A stretch of DNA of 35,498 nucleotides from an uncultured Eubacteriales bacterium (GCA_964541055.1 CAZIQR010000004.1:6081-41578); one strand, 5' to 3'. Shown: positions 20,901-29,511, counted from the first letter of the stretch. Translations and numbers: made by a program. The notes: generated by a model not told the origin, from the letters alone.

Positions 20901-23351
20901 TCAGGCGACCGCGGCCTCGCGTTTCTTGCCCGTCTTCTCCTGATACATCTTCCGGTCCGCCGCGGTCAGGAGCTCCTGGAGCGAGCTCGGCCGTTCCGGA
21001 TCGTAGCGTGCGAGTCCCAGGCTGAACGAGACCTGATAGGGGCGGCCCCGTTCGGTGTTGCGGGCCTGGATCCGTTCCCGGAGACGGCGGGCCAGGGCGG
21101 CGGCCTTGCCTTCGGCGATGTCGATGGCCAGGACAACGAACTCGTCGCCGCCGATCCGGGCCACGATGTCGGAATCGCGGAACGCGTCCTTCAGGACGTC
21201 GGCCGCCTCGATGAGAGCGGCGTCGCCCTCCTCATGGCCCCGGGAATCGTTGATCCGTTTGAGGTCGTCGAGGTCGGCATAGAACAGGGCCATCTCCTTC
21301 TTTGTCCGGTGGGCCACTTTCATCTGCTGCTCGGCGACGGTCAGGAAGCCGCGCCGGTTGTAGACCTTGGTCAGCTCGTCGACGAGCGACAGCTCCCTTA
21401 GCTCGGCGTCGGTCCGGGTCCTCTGGACGGCGATCGCATAGAGGTCGGCCAGCCGCTCGACGGCTTTGAGGTCCTTTTCGAGGTAGGGGCTCTGCGGGTT
21501 GGCCACGACGATCAGGCCGACGATCCCCCCCGACATAATCGAGGGGACGGCCAGGAAGGGCCCGACGGGGAGATGCCATTCGGGCATGCCGCGATACCGG
21601 GGATCGAGGCCGGGCATGGTCGTCACGATGGCCCGGCGCTCTTCGAGGACCCAGCGCCAGAGGCCCGAGAGCTCGTGGAAGCGCCCCCCCAGCTCGGGGT
21701 GGCGGTCGAGCATTTCCTGGGCGTCCGGGGTCATGGCCGCCGGCGCAAAGCCGCCCGTCCTCGGGTCGATGGGCCCGACGAAACCCGACTCGCTCGAGGT
21801 CAGCCGGCGGGCCTGGTCGAGGACGAGCGAGGACACCTCCCCGATCGGCGCCGGGGACAGGAGCCGCTCGGAGACCTCGCCGACGGCGGCCTGCAGGTGC
21901 ACGACCCAGGCGTGCTCGTCCTTCATCTTCTTGCGGGCCGTGATGTCCTCGATGACGCCGTCGTAGAATTGGACCCGGCCCTGGGCGTCCTTGGCCGCGC
22001 GGCAGGAATCCTCGACCCAGATGAGCGAGCCGTTCCGCCGCCGGAGCTGCGACTCGAAGATGCCGACCATGGTGCTGGCGTCGAGGAAAGCCGTTTTGCT
22101 GTCCTGGTCCCGCGGGTTGCTGTGGAGGTCCCAGAAGTTCACGGCTTTCAGCGCGGCGACGTCGGCGTAGCCGAGCATCTGAGCCAGCGTCGGGGAGGCG
22201 TCGAGGATCCGGCCCTGCGGCGTCGCCCGGTAGAGGCCGAGGGGATAGTTGAAGATGCGGGTCATCTTCTCCTCGTCCGAGGCCAGGGCCGACTCGGCGT
22301 TCTCGGCCCGCGCCTCGGCCGAGGCGAGCGACCGGCCCATGCGGACGCCGGCCAGGGCCAGGCCGGAGATGCGGGCCAGGGTCTGGGCCAGCTCGAGGTC
22401 GGCCTCGCCCATCTCGCTTCCCCCGGGTCCGGCGACTTCGAGAAGGCCCAGGGTCTCGCGGCCGTGAGCGACCCTGAGGAAGACCGTCCTCCGGTCGTCG
22501 GACCGCGCGAAATCGGCGTTGAGGGTCAGGATCCGGTCGATCGGCGAACCTTCGGGCGAAAGGGTCTTGGAGAGGCATTCGAACGGGTGATACATGACGT
22601 CCCGGGGAGCGAGCAGGACCCGGACGAGGTCGGCGACGGCGGCCTGGGCCTCCTCGAGGCTCTTGGCCCCGGTGACCCCGCCGAGGAGGTTTCCGAGCCG
22701 GGCCATGCCGCTGATCTTCCGGCTATAGTCGGCGATCCGTCCGGCGCTCTCGGCCTGGACGAGGTCCAGTCGAAAGGCCATGGCGAACCGGCCGAGCGAA
22801 AGCCGAAAATGATCGAGGCCCACATGCCAGCTTTCGGCGGAAAGGCGCAGAAAGCGGCTGAACGACCGGAGCTCGCGGTCGGCCGAGGGGTAAACGCCCG
22901 TATCGAGCAGCACGACCCTGCGGGCCACGTCGCGGAAAAATGAGGCCGCGGCCTTGGGGTCCGAAGGCCAGCGGGCTTCGACGTGGGCCTCCCAGTTGCG
23001 AAGCCAGCCGGGAAGAACCGGCAGGCCCCCGTCCTCGAGAAGGCGTTCGAACAGGCCCCGGTCGGCGACCCACTCGGCGCAATGGCTTTCCTGCTGGAGG
23101 CGGCAGCCCCCGTCGAGGCCGAGGTCCTTGAACGGCCGTGTCAGACAGTATCCGCCGATGAGGCCGACCGGACAGCCGGCATTCCGGCAGGACGCCACAG
23201 TCTCGCCAAGACCGGCCCACGAGGATTCGGCGAGATCGCAACTCGTGGGATGGACACGGACGTCGATATCGCGAAGATCGGGCGAGGCCAGGACGGCCTG
23301 GAGCTCGCGGTCGAAGCTCGAGCAGGCGATCAGGCCGAAACGAAGGGACAT
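20901..23351 (-). CDS. Diguanylate cyclase with DUF1638-like N-terminus, PAS and GAF domains
   Basis: DELTKVYNRR, DLDDLKRIND, RDSD I-site, RIGGDEF; PAS/PAC ending EDITARK; GAF (FLAVPS, IVVAN); N-terminus LIACSSFDREL. Confidence 0.88.
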   Translation of the reverse strand: MSLRFGLIACSSFDRELQAVLASPDLRDIDVRVHPTSCDLAESSWAGLGETVASCRNAGCPVGLIGGYCLTRPFKDLGLDGGCRLQQESHCAEWVADRGLFERLLEDGGLPVLPGWLRNWEAHVEARWPSDPKAAASFFRDVARRVVLLDTGVYPSADRELRSFSRFLRLSAESWHVGLDHFRLSLGRFAMAFRLDLVQAESAGRIADYSRKISGMARLGNLLGGVTGAKSLEEAQAAVADLVRVLLAPRDVMYHPFECLSKTLSPEGSPIDRILTLNADFARSDDRRTVFLRVAHGRETLGLLEVAGPGGSEMGEADLELAQTLARISGLALAGVRMGRSLASAEARAENAESALASDEEKMTRIFNYPLGLYRATPQGRILDASPTLAQMLGYADVAALKAVNFWDLHSNPRDQDSKTAFLDASTMVGIFESQLRRRNGSLIWVEDSCRAAKDAQGRVQFYDGVIEDITARKKMKDEHAWVVHLQAAVGEVSERLLSPAPIGEVSSLVLDQARRLTSSESGFVGPIDPRTGGFAPAAMTPDAQEMLDRHPELGGRFHELSGLWRWVLEERRAIVTTMPGLDPRYRGMPEWHLPVGPFLAVPSIMSGGIVGLIVVANPQSPYLEKDLKAVERLADLYAIAVQRTRTDAELRELSLVDELTKVYNRRGFLTVAEQQMKVAHRTKKEMALFYADLDDLKRINDSRGHEEGDAALIEAADVLKDAFRDSDIVARIGGDEFVVLAIDIAEGKAAALARRLRERIQARNTERGRPYQVSFSLGLARYDPERPSSLQELLTAADRKMYQEKTGKKREAAVA

Positions 23352-23370
23352 TCAAGGCCGCCTTTGATGG

Positions 23371-23580
23371 CCAATTATATGTGCTATAATTGAACATATA
23401 AATTGTAACATATAATATTTGCTTAAGTCAAGCATATTGTTATAATTGTATGTTTTTAAGCGTTTTATTATTGAACATAATTTCATGTTAATTAACTATA
23501 TTATATTTATTATGAACGACTTGTATTTTTTATCATATTTTGGATAATTAGCTGGCTAAGCGCGTCCATATTCATGGACT
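23371..23580. promoter_or_regulatory. AT-rich regulatory island with cyclase promoter(s) and palindromic operator copies
   Basis: 34 G+C in 180 bp (23371-23550, 19%); minus-strand TTTATA-17-TATAAT (23402-23374) and TTGACT-18-TACAAT (23431-23402); motif copies at 23380-23396 and 23461-23477. Confidence 0.65.
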
Positions 23581-23649
23581 AATCCTCCGGAGGCGGCCCC
23601 CCTTCTAGCCGCCCTGCCTCGCCGGCCTCAATTGATGCCCCGAGCCGGG

Positions 23650-23679
23650 TTGCCAAGGTTCCGGACTTTGGTCTAGAAT
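23650..23679 (+). promoter_or_regulatory. Putative sigma70 promoter for LolA-like/M48 genes
   Basis: TTGCCA-18 bp-TAGAAT. Confidence 0.5.
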
Positions 23680-23698
23680 GGGGAAGAAAGAGGACGGG

Positions 23699-24463
23699 AT
23701 GAAGGACAAGCCGCTTTGGGCCGTCGGCGTCGCCCTCTTTGCCGGGCTCGCCGCCATGGCGGGATCTCCTCAGCCGTCCCCCGCGCCTTCGAGCAGCAAA
23801 GAGGCCCTGGCCGTCGTCGACAAGATGGTCGCCGCCATGGGCGGCCGGAAGGCCCTCGAGGCGGTCCAGGACACGACCATCACGGGCACCGCCGAGCTCG
23901 TCCAATTCGGCATCACGGCGCCGCTCACGATCTACGAAAAGCGGCCGGACAAGATCCGCCGCGACATCACCATCACCGAGGCCAACATGACCTTTGTCCA
24001 GTCCTTTGACGGCCGGAAGGGCTGGATGACGGATCCCCAATCCGGCGCGGCCCGGGAGATGCCCGGAGCGTTGGCGAAAGAGATGGCCCGCGAGGCCGCC
24101 GCCAGCGAGGCGATCCTTCATCCGGCCAAGGCCGGCGTCGCCTACACGCTGAAGCCCAAAGCGGCCATCGAGGGCCGGGACTACATCGTCCTCGAACAGA
24201 CCCAGCTCGACGGCCACACGCTGACCCTGTATCTCGATCCCCAGACCTATCTCCCCTACAAGACCGAGACCCGGATGCTCGACCTCGCGGGCGGCGAGGT
24301 CGAGTCCGAGACCTACTCGACGAACTACCAGAAGGCCGCCGGCGGCCTCGTCGTCCCCTACGCCGTCCGGATCATCCAGAACGGCTCCGACGCCGAGCGG
24401 GTGACGATCGCCGCCGTCACCCTCAACACGAACCTGGACGACGCGCTCTTCACCTTAAAATGA
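23699..24463 (+). CDS. Secreted protein, outer-membrane lipoprotein-sorting/LolA-like fold family
   Basis: Signal peptide; pattern AMGG..AL..V, KRPDKIR, SFDGRKGW, LYLDPQTYLP, N..LDDALF; GAGG RBS. Confidence 0.65.
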   Translation: MKDKPLWAVGVALFAGLAAMAGSPQPSPAPSSSKEALAVVDKMVAAMGGRKALEAVQDTTITGTAELVQFGITAPLTIYEKRPDKIRRDITITEANMTFVQSFDGRKGWMTDPQSGAAREMPGALAKEMAREAAASEAILHPAKAGVAYTLKPKAAIEGRDYIVLEQTQLDGHTLTLYLDPQTYLPYKTETRMLDLAGGEVESETYSTNYQKAAGGLVVPYAVRIIQNGSDAERVTIAAVTLNTNLDDALFTLK

Positions 24464-24474
24464 AGGAGGCTTTC

Positions 24475-25926
24475 ATGAAGAGAACGAGACCGGCGACCCT
24501 GGCCGCCTGGGCGCTGCTGGCCGTGGCGGCGGCCGCCTGCGCCGTGAACCCCGTCACCGGGCACAAGGAGCTGATGCTCTATTCCGAGGCCCAGGAGATC
24601 GAGCTCGGCAAGCAGACCGACGCCGAGGTCGCCGCGACCTACGGGATCTACGACGACCAAGCCCTTCAGTCCTATGTCAGCCGGCTCGGCTTGGCCCTGG
24701 CCGCCAAGGGGCAGAGGCCCAACCTGCCCTGGCGGTTCACCGTCGTCGACAGCCCGGTCGTCAACGCCTTCGCCGTGCCGGGCGGGGCCGTCTATGTCAC
24801 CCGCGGCATTCTGGCGCTCATGGGCTCGGAGGCCGAGCTCGCCGCGGTGCTCGGCCACGAGATCGGGCATGTCAACGCCCGCCACTCCATGAGCCAGATG
24901 AGCAAGCAGCAGGTCGCCCAGATCGGGCTCGTCGTGGGCTCGGTCGTCAGCAAGACATTCGCCAAGTATGCCGGATTGGCCGGCACGGGGCTCCAGGTCC
25001 TATTCCTGAAATACAGCCGCGACAACGACAACCAGGCCGACGCCCTCGGCATCGATTACGCCCGGGCCGGCGGCTACAACCCCGCCGACATGGCCGTCAC
25101 GTTCACCGGCCTGCAGAAGATGGGCGACCTCTCGGGCGGCGGCAACTCCCTGCCCGGGTTCCTCTCGACCCATCCCCTGACGGCCGACCGCATCGCCCAC
25201 GTCCAGTCCCTGCTCCGGCCGGGGGACCAGGCCCTGGCCCGCCAACCCGACGTCTACCTCCAGGCGGTCGAGAACGTCGTCGTCGGCGAGGACCCGCGGC
25301 AGGGCTACGTCGAGAACGGGATCTTCTATCACCCGGGCCTCCGCTTCCAGTTCGCGGTCCCCGATGGCTGGAAGGCCGAAAACATGCCTTCGCGGGTGAC
25401 GATCATCGCCCCCGACGAGACGGCCGGCGTCATCCTCCAGGGCGGAAAGACAACCGAGACGCCCGAGGAATTCGCCCGGAAGCAGGGCGCCGAGATCGCC
25501 AAGTCCGGCGGGACGCTCCTCGGCGAGAACAGGACCACGATCAACGGCCTCACGTGCTACGAGCAGGCCTACCAGATCCCCCAGGAGGGCCAGGAGCCGG
25601 TCCGGATGAGCCTATCGTGCCTCAAGAAGGACGATTGGGTCTATGCGTTCCAGGCCCTGAGCTCGGTCAACGGGTTCTCCAAGTACAGCCGGAGCTTCCA
25701 AGGCATCGTGGGGTCGTTCCGGAATCTGACGGACGCCTCGAAGATCAACCGGGAGCCCCGGCGCCTGGCCCTGGTCAAGGCCAACGGCTCGGACACGCTG
25801 CAGACAATCCTGAAGAGGTCCGGCCTGCCCGACAAGACGATGCCGCAATTCGCCGTGATGAACGGGCTCGAGCCGACCGCGGTCCCGGCCGCGGGGAGGC
25901 TCATCAAGACCGTTCGCCTGGACTAG
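24475..25926 (+). CDS. M48-family zinc metalloprotease lipoprotein (BepA/YfgC-like)
   Basis: Lipobox AAAC-AVNPVTG, NAFAVPGG, HEIGH, STHP; AAGGAGG RBS; LysM-like C-terminal end. Confidence 0.9.
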   Translation: MKRTRPATLAAWALLAVAAAACAVNPVTGHKELMLYSEAQEIELGKQTDAEVAATYGIYDDQALQSYVSRLGLALAAKGQRPNLPWRFTVVDSPVVNAFAVPGGAVYVTRGILALMGSEAELAAVLGHEIGHVNARHSMSQMSKQQVAQIGLVVGSVVSKTFAKYAGLAGTGLQVLFLKYSRDNDNQADALGIDYARAGGYNPADMAVTFTGLQKMGDLSGGGNSLPGFLSTHPLTADRIAHVQSLLRPGDQALARQPDVYLQAVENVVVGEDPRQGYVENGIFYHPGLRFQFAVPDGWKAENMPSRVTIIAPDETAGVILQGGKTTETPEEFARKQGAEIAKSGGTLLGENRTTINGLTCYEQAYQIPQEGQEPVRMSLSCLKKDDWVYAFQALSSVNGFSKYSRSFQGIVGSFRNLTDASKINREPRRLALVKANGSDTLQTILKRSGLPDKTMPQFAVMNGLEPTAVPAAGRLIKTVRLD

Positions 25927-26089
25927 TCACGAATCGAGACGGTCCCAGATGCGAGGCCCGAGGGGTGAAGCTGTACTCTTTGGTACTGCGAACCCCGAGA
26001 ACGAAGCAGATGGGGCTGGATCGGTTCGCCCGAAGGGCAAAAACGCCCTAAGAAAAAGGACGTGAGAAATCGGGCGTTTTGTGAATAGT
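25922..26089 (+). repeat. Structured intergenic element (long GA-mismatch hairpin, GAA triloop hairpin, imperfect terminal inverted repeats); candidate MITE or ncRNA
   Basis: 99-nt rod 25930-26028, GCCC-GAA-GGGC 26028-26038, AAAACGCCC/GGGCGTTTT stem, ends ACTAGTCACGAA vs reverse-complement ACTATTCACAAA. Confidence 0.6.
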
Positions 26090-26545
26090 TCAGGTAAGAG
26101 GGTTCTTGACCTCGGAGACGTCGAGGACGGTCGCGTAGATCTCCGCCTCGGCGGCCAGATCGCCGTCGACAAAGGCCTTGCCCTTCATCTGGCAGATCCG
26201 GCCTTTTTCCCGCGTCCACACGACCTCCATCCGCAGCTGGTCACCCGGGATGACCATCCGTTTGAACTTGGCCTTGTCGACCTTGCTTAGGACGGCGAAC
26301 TTGGTTTCGGGATCGGGGATGGAGCTGAACAGGAGCACCGCTCCGGCCTGGGCCATGGCCTCGATGATGAGGACCCCGGGCATGATCTTCCACTCCGGGA
26401 AATGGCCCTGGAAGAACTGCTCGTTGCAGGTCACGTTCTTGACGGCGGTGATGGATGTGCGGGGCACGATGTCCAGGACGCGGTCAACGAGCAGGAAGGG
26501 GAAGCGGTGGGGCAGGAACCGCATGATCTGTTCGGTCGGGATCAT
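26090..26545 (-). CDS. fabZ: 3-hydroxyacyl-ACP dehydratase
   Basis: LPHRFPFLLVDRV, KNVTCNEQFFQGHFP, MPGVLIIEAMAQ. Confidence 0.95.
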   Translation of the reverse strand: MIPTEQIMRFLPHRFPFLLVDRVLDIVPRTSITAVKNVTCNEQFFQGHFPEWKIMPGVLIIEAMAQAGAVLLFSSIPDPETKFAVLSKVDKAKFKRMVIPGDQLRMEVVWTREKGRICQMKGKAFVDGDLAAEAEIYATVLDVSEVKNPLT

Positions 26546-26563
26546 GATCCGCCTCCGCCGGGA

Positions 26564-27127
26564 TCACTTCTTGACGGGCGCGGGCGCCGCCGGGGCCCCC
26601 GACTTGGCGTCGTAGCGCTTGATGAGCTCGGCCGTCAGGTCGAGCGTCGGGCTGAAATACACCGCCCCGCTCTTGGTCAGGTCGAAGATCATGTCGAGGG
26701 CCCTGTCGGCTCGGAGCTGCTCGACAATGGGCATCAGGTCGGACTGGACCTTGGTCAGGACCGAGGCCTGGAGCTGCTGCATGGCCCGGGAGGCGTCCTC
26801 GACGGCCCGCTGGCGGTCCCTCTGCTTTTTCTGGATGTCGGCCTGGATCCCGGCGGCCGCTTCGGCGGTCAGGGTCATGCGCTGGGAGCTGAGCCGGTTC
26901 TGAAGCTGCTTGATCGAGTCGTCGACAGCGGTGATCTGATCGGTGTACTTCTTGTCCGCGGCCTGGATCTGGGCGATGGCCTTCTTGCCTTCGGCCGATT
27001 TCTCCAGGACCTCCTGCGAATTGATCATGCCGATCTTGCCGCTCCCCTGCTGGGCCCGGGCCAGCCCGGCCAGGCCGAGGGCGGCGCAGAGCGCGAGGAG
27101 CGCGACGAGGCGCATAGGGTGTGTCAT
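26564..27127 (-). CDS. skp: Periplasmic chaperone Skp/OmpH
   Basis: Signal peptide, KIGMINSQEVL, long coiled coil, DLTAELIK; position downstream of bamA; GGAGG RBS. Confidence 0.88.
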   Translation of the reverse strand: MTHPMRLVALLALCAALGLAGLARAQQGSGKIGMINSQEVLEKSAEGKKAIAQIQAADKKYTDQITAVDDSIKQLQNRLSSQRMTLTAEAAAGIQADIQKKQRDRQRAVEDASRAMQQLQASVLTKVQSDLMPIVEQLRADRALDMIFDLTKSGAVYFSPTLDLTAELIKRYDAKSGAPAAPAPVKK

Positions 27128-27141
27128 GGTCAAGAACCTCC

Positions 27142-29475
27142 CTAGAATGTGGTGCCGACGGCGAAGCGGAACGCGAAGTCCGTGTCGGACTCGTGAAGCT
27201 TCTTATTGTTGTAAGAGAAGATGAGCCGGAACGGGACGCGCAGGGCGGGGATGAAGAGCCGGGCCTCGATGCCCGCCGAGGAATACATCTCGCCCCAGCG
27301 CAGCGGCGTTCCGTAGTTCACGGAATTGCCCCGGTCGTAGAAGGCGATGGCGTAGAGCGGGCCCCCGACCGGGATGATGTATTCGACGTTCATGACGAAC
27401 GACTTCTCGCCGCCGAGCATATAGCCGCTCACGTCGCGCGGCCCGATCGAATAGACCTCGTAGCCGCGGATCGAGCGCTCGCCGCCGAGGAAGAAGCGCT
27501 CCCAGTACGGGACCGTCGAGCCGTGCAGGGTCTTGAGGAACTCGTACTGGACGTGGAACCCGAACGACTGGGTCTTGGGGCCGCGCCCGAGGATCGGCTG
27601 GTAGTGCGTGAATTCGAAGCTCGGCTTGATCATGTCGACCGCGCCGCCGAGGAAGCCGCCGGCGAACTTGGCATAGGCCGTGTAGGACGTGCCGCGCGAC
27701 GGCGTCAGGGGGCTGTCGATCGTCGACCGCCACAGCATCGGCGTGATGGAGATCTCGTAATACTTGCCGGAGAGCGCGCCGTAATAGGACGCGTAGAACG
27801 AGCCCTGCGGGTAATCGATCGAGATCCGCTGGAGGGTGTAGGTCAGATTGGCCCGCCACATGCCGAACAGCCGCAGCCCCGTGGTCAGGTCGATGCCCTT
27901 GGTGAACTGCTTGTAGAGGCCGTACGTGCTGTAGTCGATCTTCCGGTCGTAGACATTGAAGCCGGCCGTGATGGGCTTGTCGAAGAGATAGGGCTCCGTG
28001 AAGCCGAAGGAGTAGTTCTTGACCAGCTTGCCCTGCTGGACGCTGAGCTCCAGCGTCTCGCCCGTTCCGAGGAAGTTCACCGTCGAGTAGCTGAAGGCCA
28101 CGAACGTCCCCTCGTAGCCGCTGTAGCCGGCCGTGAACTGGATGTTGTTGCGCTGCATCTCCTTGACGTTGACCTGGACGTCCATCTTGGTCGGGTCGTT
28201 CGCGTCGGGCTTGATGTCCGGGTCCTTCTCGAGGTCGACCAGGCCCAGCTGCTTGATCCGGAGGATGCTGTTCTTAAAGAGGCTGAAGCTGAACCGGTCC
28301 CCCTCCCGGATGACCATCTCGCGCCGGATGACCTTGTCCTTGGTGTAGATGTTGCCCCGGAACTCGAGACGGTTGAGGAACGCGACCTCGCCCTCGTTGA
28401 CGTTGAAGGTCAGGTTGACGATCTTGTTCTTGGGATCGAGGTTCTCGACGGGGATGATCTGGGCGTAGACGAAGCCGTAGTCCCGGAAGACCTCGCCCAT
28501 GTCCGTGATGCTCTTCTCCCGGTCCTTGGTGCTGTAGATCTCGCCCTTCCGGAGCTTGACCAAATTCATGAGGTTCTTGACGTTCAGGGCCTTGCTGCCC
28601 TCGATCTTGACCTCGCCGGTCCGGTAGAGGTAGCCGGGAGTGACCGGGAAGATGAGGCGCATCATCTTCTGTTTCTTGAAGGTGACCGAGCGCCGCTCGT
28701 ACTCCTCGGTCCGGGGCTGCCCGACCGAGGCCTCCATGTAGCCGAGCTCCTGGTATTTCTTCTTGATCGTGTCGACGTCGGCCTCGAGCTTGTTCTGCTT
28801 GTAGACGTCCTTGCTGGCGATCCAGTTGAAGAGGCTGTGCGGCCGGTTGTCCTTCATCGACCACTTGAGGGTGCTCTCCGGGATCTTGGGGCCGCCCTCG
28901 AAAACGACATCTCCGACCCGGAGCTTGGGGCCCTCGTCGATGCGGATCTGGACGTCGACCTCGTTCTTCCCCTGCCGGACGGTCTCGACGTCGATCTTCG
29001 AGGCCAGCAGGCCTTTCTCGTAGAGCAGGTCCGTGATCGTGTCGCGGATCTTCTGGACCTTGGCCGGGCTGTAATAGGAATAGGGCAGGACGGCCTGGTC
29101 CTTTTCCTTGAGCTTGTCGACGATGTCCTTTTCCTTGACCTTCTTGCCGGTCTTGTAGGTGACGGCCCGGACGACGGGATTCTCCGTGACCGTGATCTTG
29201 ACGATCTTGCCCCTCGTCCCCTGGGACTCTTCGAACGTGATGTCCGAGAAGAAGCCCGTTGACCAGAGGACCCGGAAGTCCCGGCGGAACTGCTCGGGAT
29301 TGTAGAGGTCGCCTTCGCGGACGGTGAGGTAATACAGGACCGTCTCGGTCGTGACCCGCTCGTTGCCGACGATCTCGACCTTCTCCACGACGTCCTGGGC
29401 GGCCAGGACGGAGGGCAGGAGGGCGCAGGCGGCGAGGAGCCCGAGCAGGAGGAGCGACTTCTTCAGGGTCGGCAT
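27142..29475 (-). CDS. bamA: Outer membrane protein assembly factor BamA
   Basis: Signal peptide, five POTRA repeats, NFLGTG, FFLGGERSIRGY, C-terminal FAVGTTF. Confidence 0.95.
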   Translation of the reverse strand: MPTLKKSLLLLGLLAACALLPSVLAAQDVVEKVEIVGNERVTTETVLYYLTVREGDLYNPEQFRRDFRVLWSTGFFSDITFEESQGTRGKIVKITVTENPVVRAVTYKTGKKVKEKDIVDKLKEKDQAVLPYSYYSPAKVQKIRDTITDLLYEKGLLASKIDVETVRQGKNEVDVQIRIDEGPKLRVGDVVFEGGPKIPESTLKWSMKDNRPHSLFNWIASKDVYKQNKLEADVDTIKKKYQELGYMEASVGQPRTEEYERRSVTFKKQKMMRLIFPVTPGYLYRTGEVKIEGSKALNVKNLMNLVKLRKGEIYSTKDREKSITDMGEVFRDYGFVYAQIIPVENLDPKNKIVNLTFNVNEGEVAFLNRLEFRGNIYTKDKVIRREMVIREGDRFSFSLFKNSILRIKQLGLVDLEKDPDIKPDANDPTKMDVQVNVKEMQRNNIQFTAGYSGYEGTFVAFSYSTVNFLGTGETLELSVQQGKLVKNYSFGFTEPYLFDKPITAGFNVYDRKIDYSTYGLYKQFTKGIDLTTGLRLFGMWRANLTYTLQRISIDYPQGSFYASYYGALSGKYYEISITPMLWRSTIDSPLTPSRGTSYTAYAKFAGGFLGGAVDMIKPSFEFTHYQPILGRGPKTQSFGFHVQYEFLKTLHGSTVPYWERFFLGGERSIRGYEVYSIGPRDVSGYMLGGEKSFVMNVEYIIPVGGPLYAIAFYDRGNSVNYGTPLRWGEMYSSAGIEARLFIPALRVPFRLIFSYNNKKLHESDTDFAFRFAVGTTF

Positions 29476-29482
29476 CTTTCTA

Positions 29483-29511
29483 TTTATACCATATCGTTCC
29501 GGGACGGTCAA
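29483..29511 (-). promoter_or_regulatory. Internal sigma70 promoter immediately upstream of bamA
   Basis: TTGACC-17 bp-TATAAA with extended TG; -10 ends 7 nt before ATG. Confidence 0.6.

Noticed and set aside
23450-23491. 13-codon hydrophobic ORF MFLSVLLLNIISC in the AT island
   Set aside because: No RBS; expected by chance in AT-rich DNA.
23371-23550. AT-rich island as replication origin (DUE)
   Set aside because: Only one near-match DnaA box (TTTGGATAA, 23539-23547), no box cluster and no dnaA/dnaN/gidA nearby.
23352-23700. Sigma-54 -24/-12 promoter next to the NtrC-like sites
   Set aside because: Candidates (TTGGCCATCAAAGGC, CTGGCTAAGCGCG, TTGGCAACCCGGC) lack the required GG-N10-GC spacing.
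25930-26028. SRP RNA, tRNA-Sec or simple terminator interpretation of the long hairpin
   Set aside because: No SRP domain IV CAGG/GGAA/AGCA motif, no cloverleaf, no U-tract directly after the rod.
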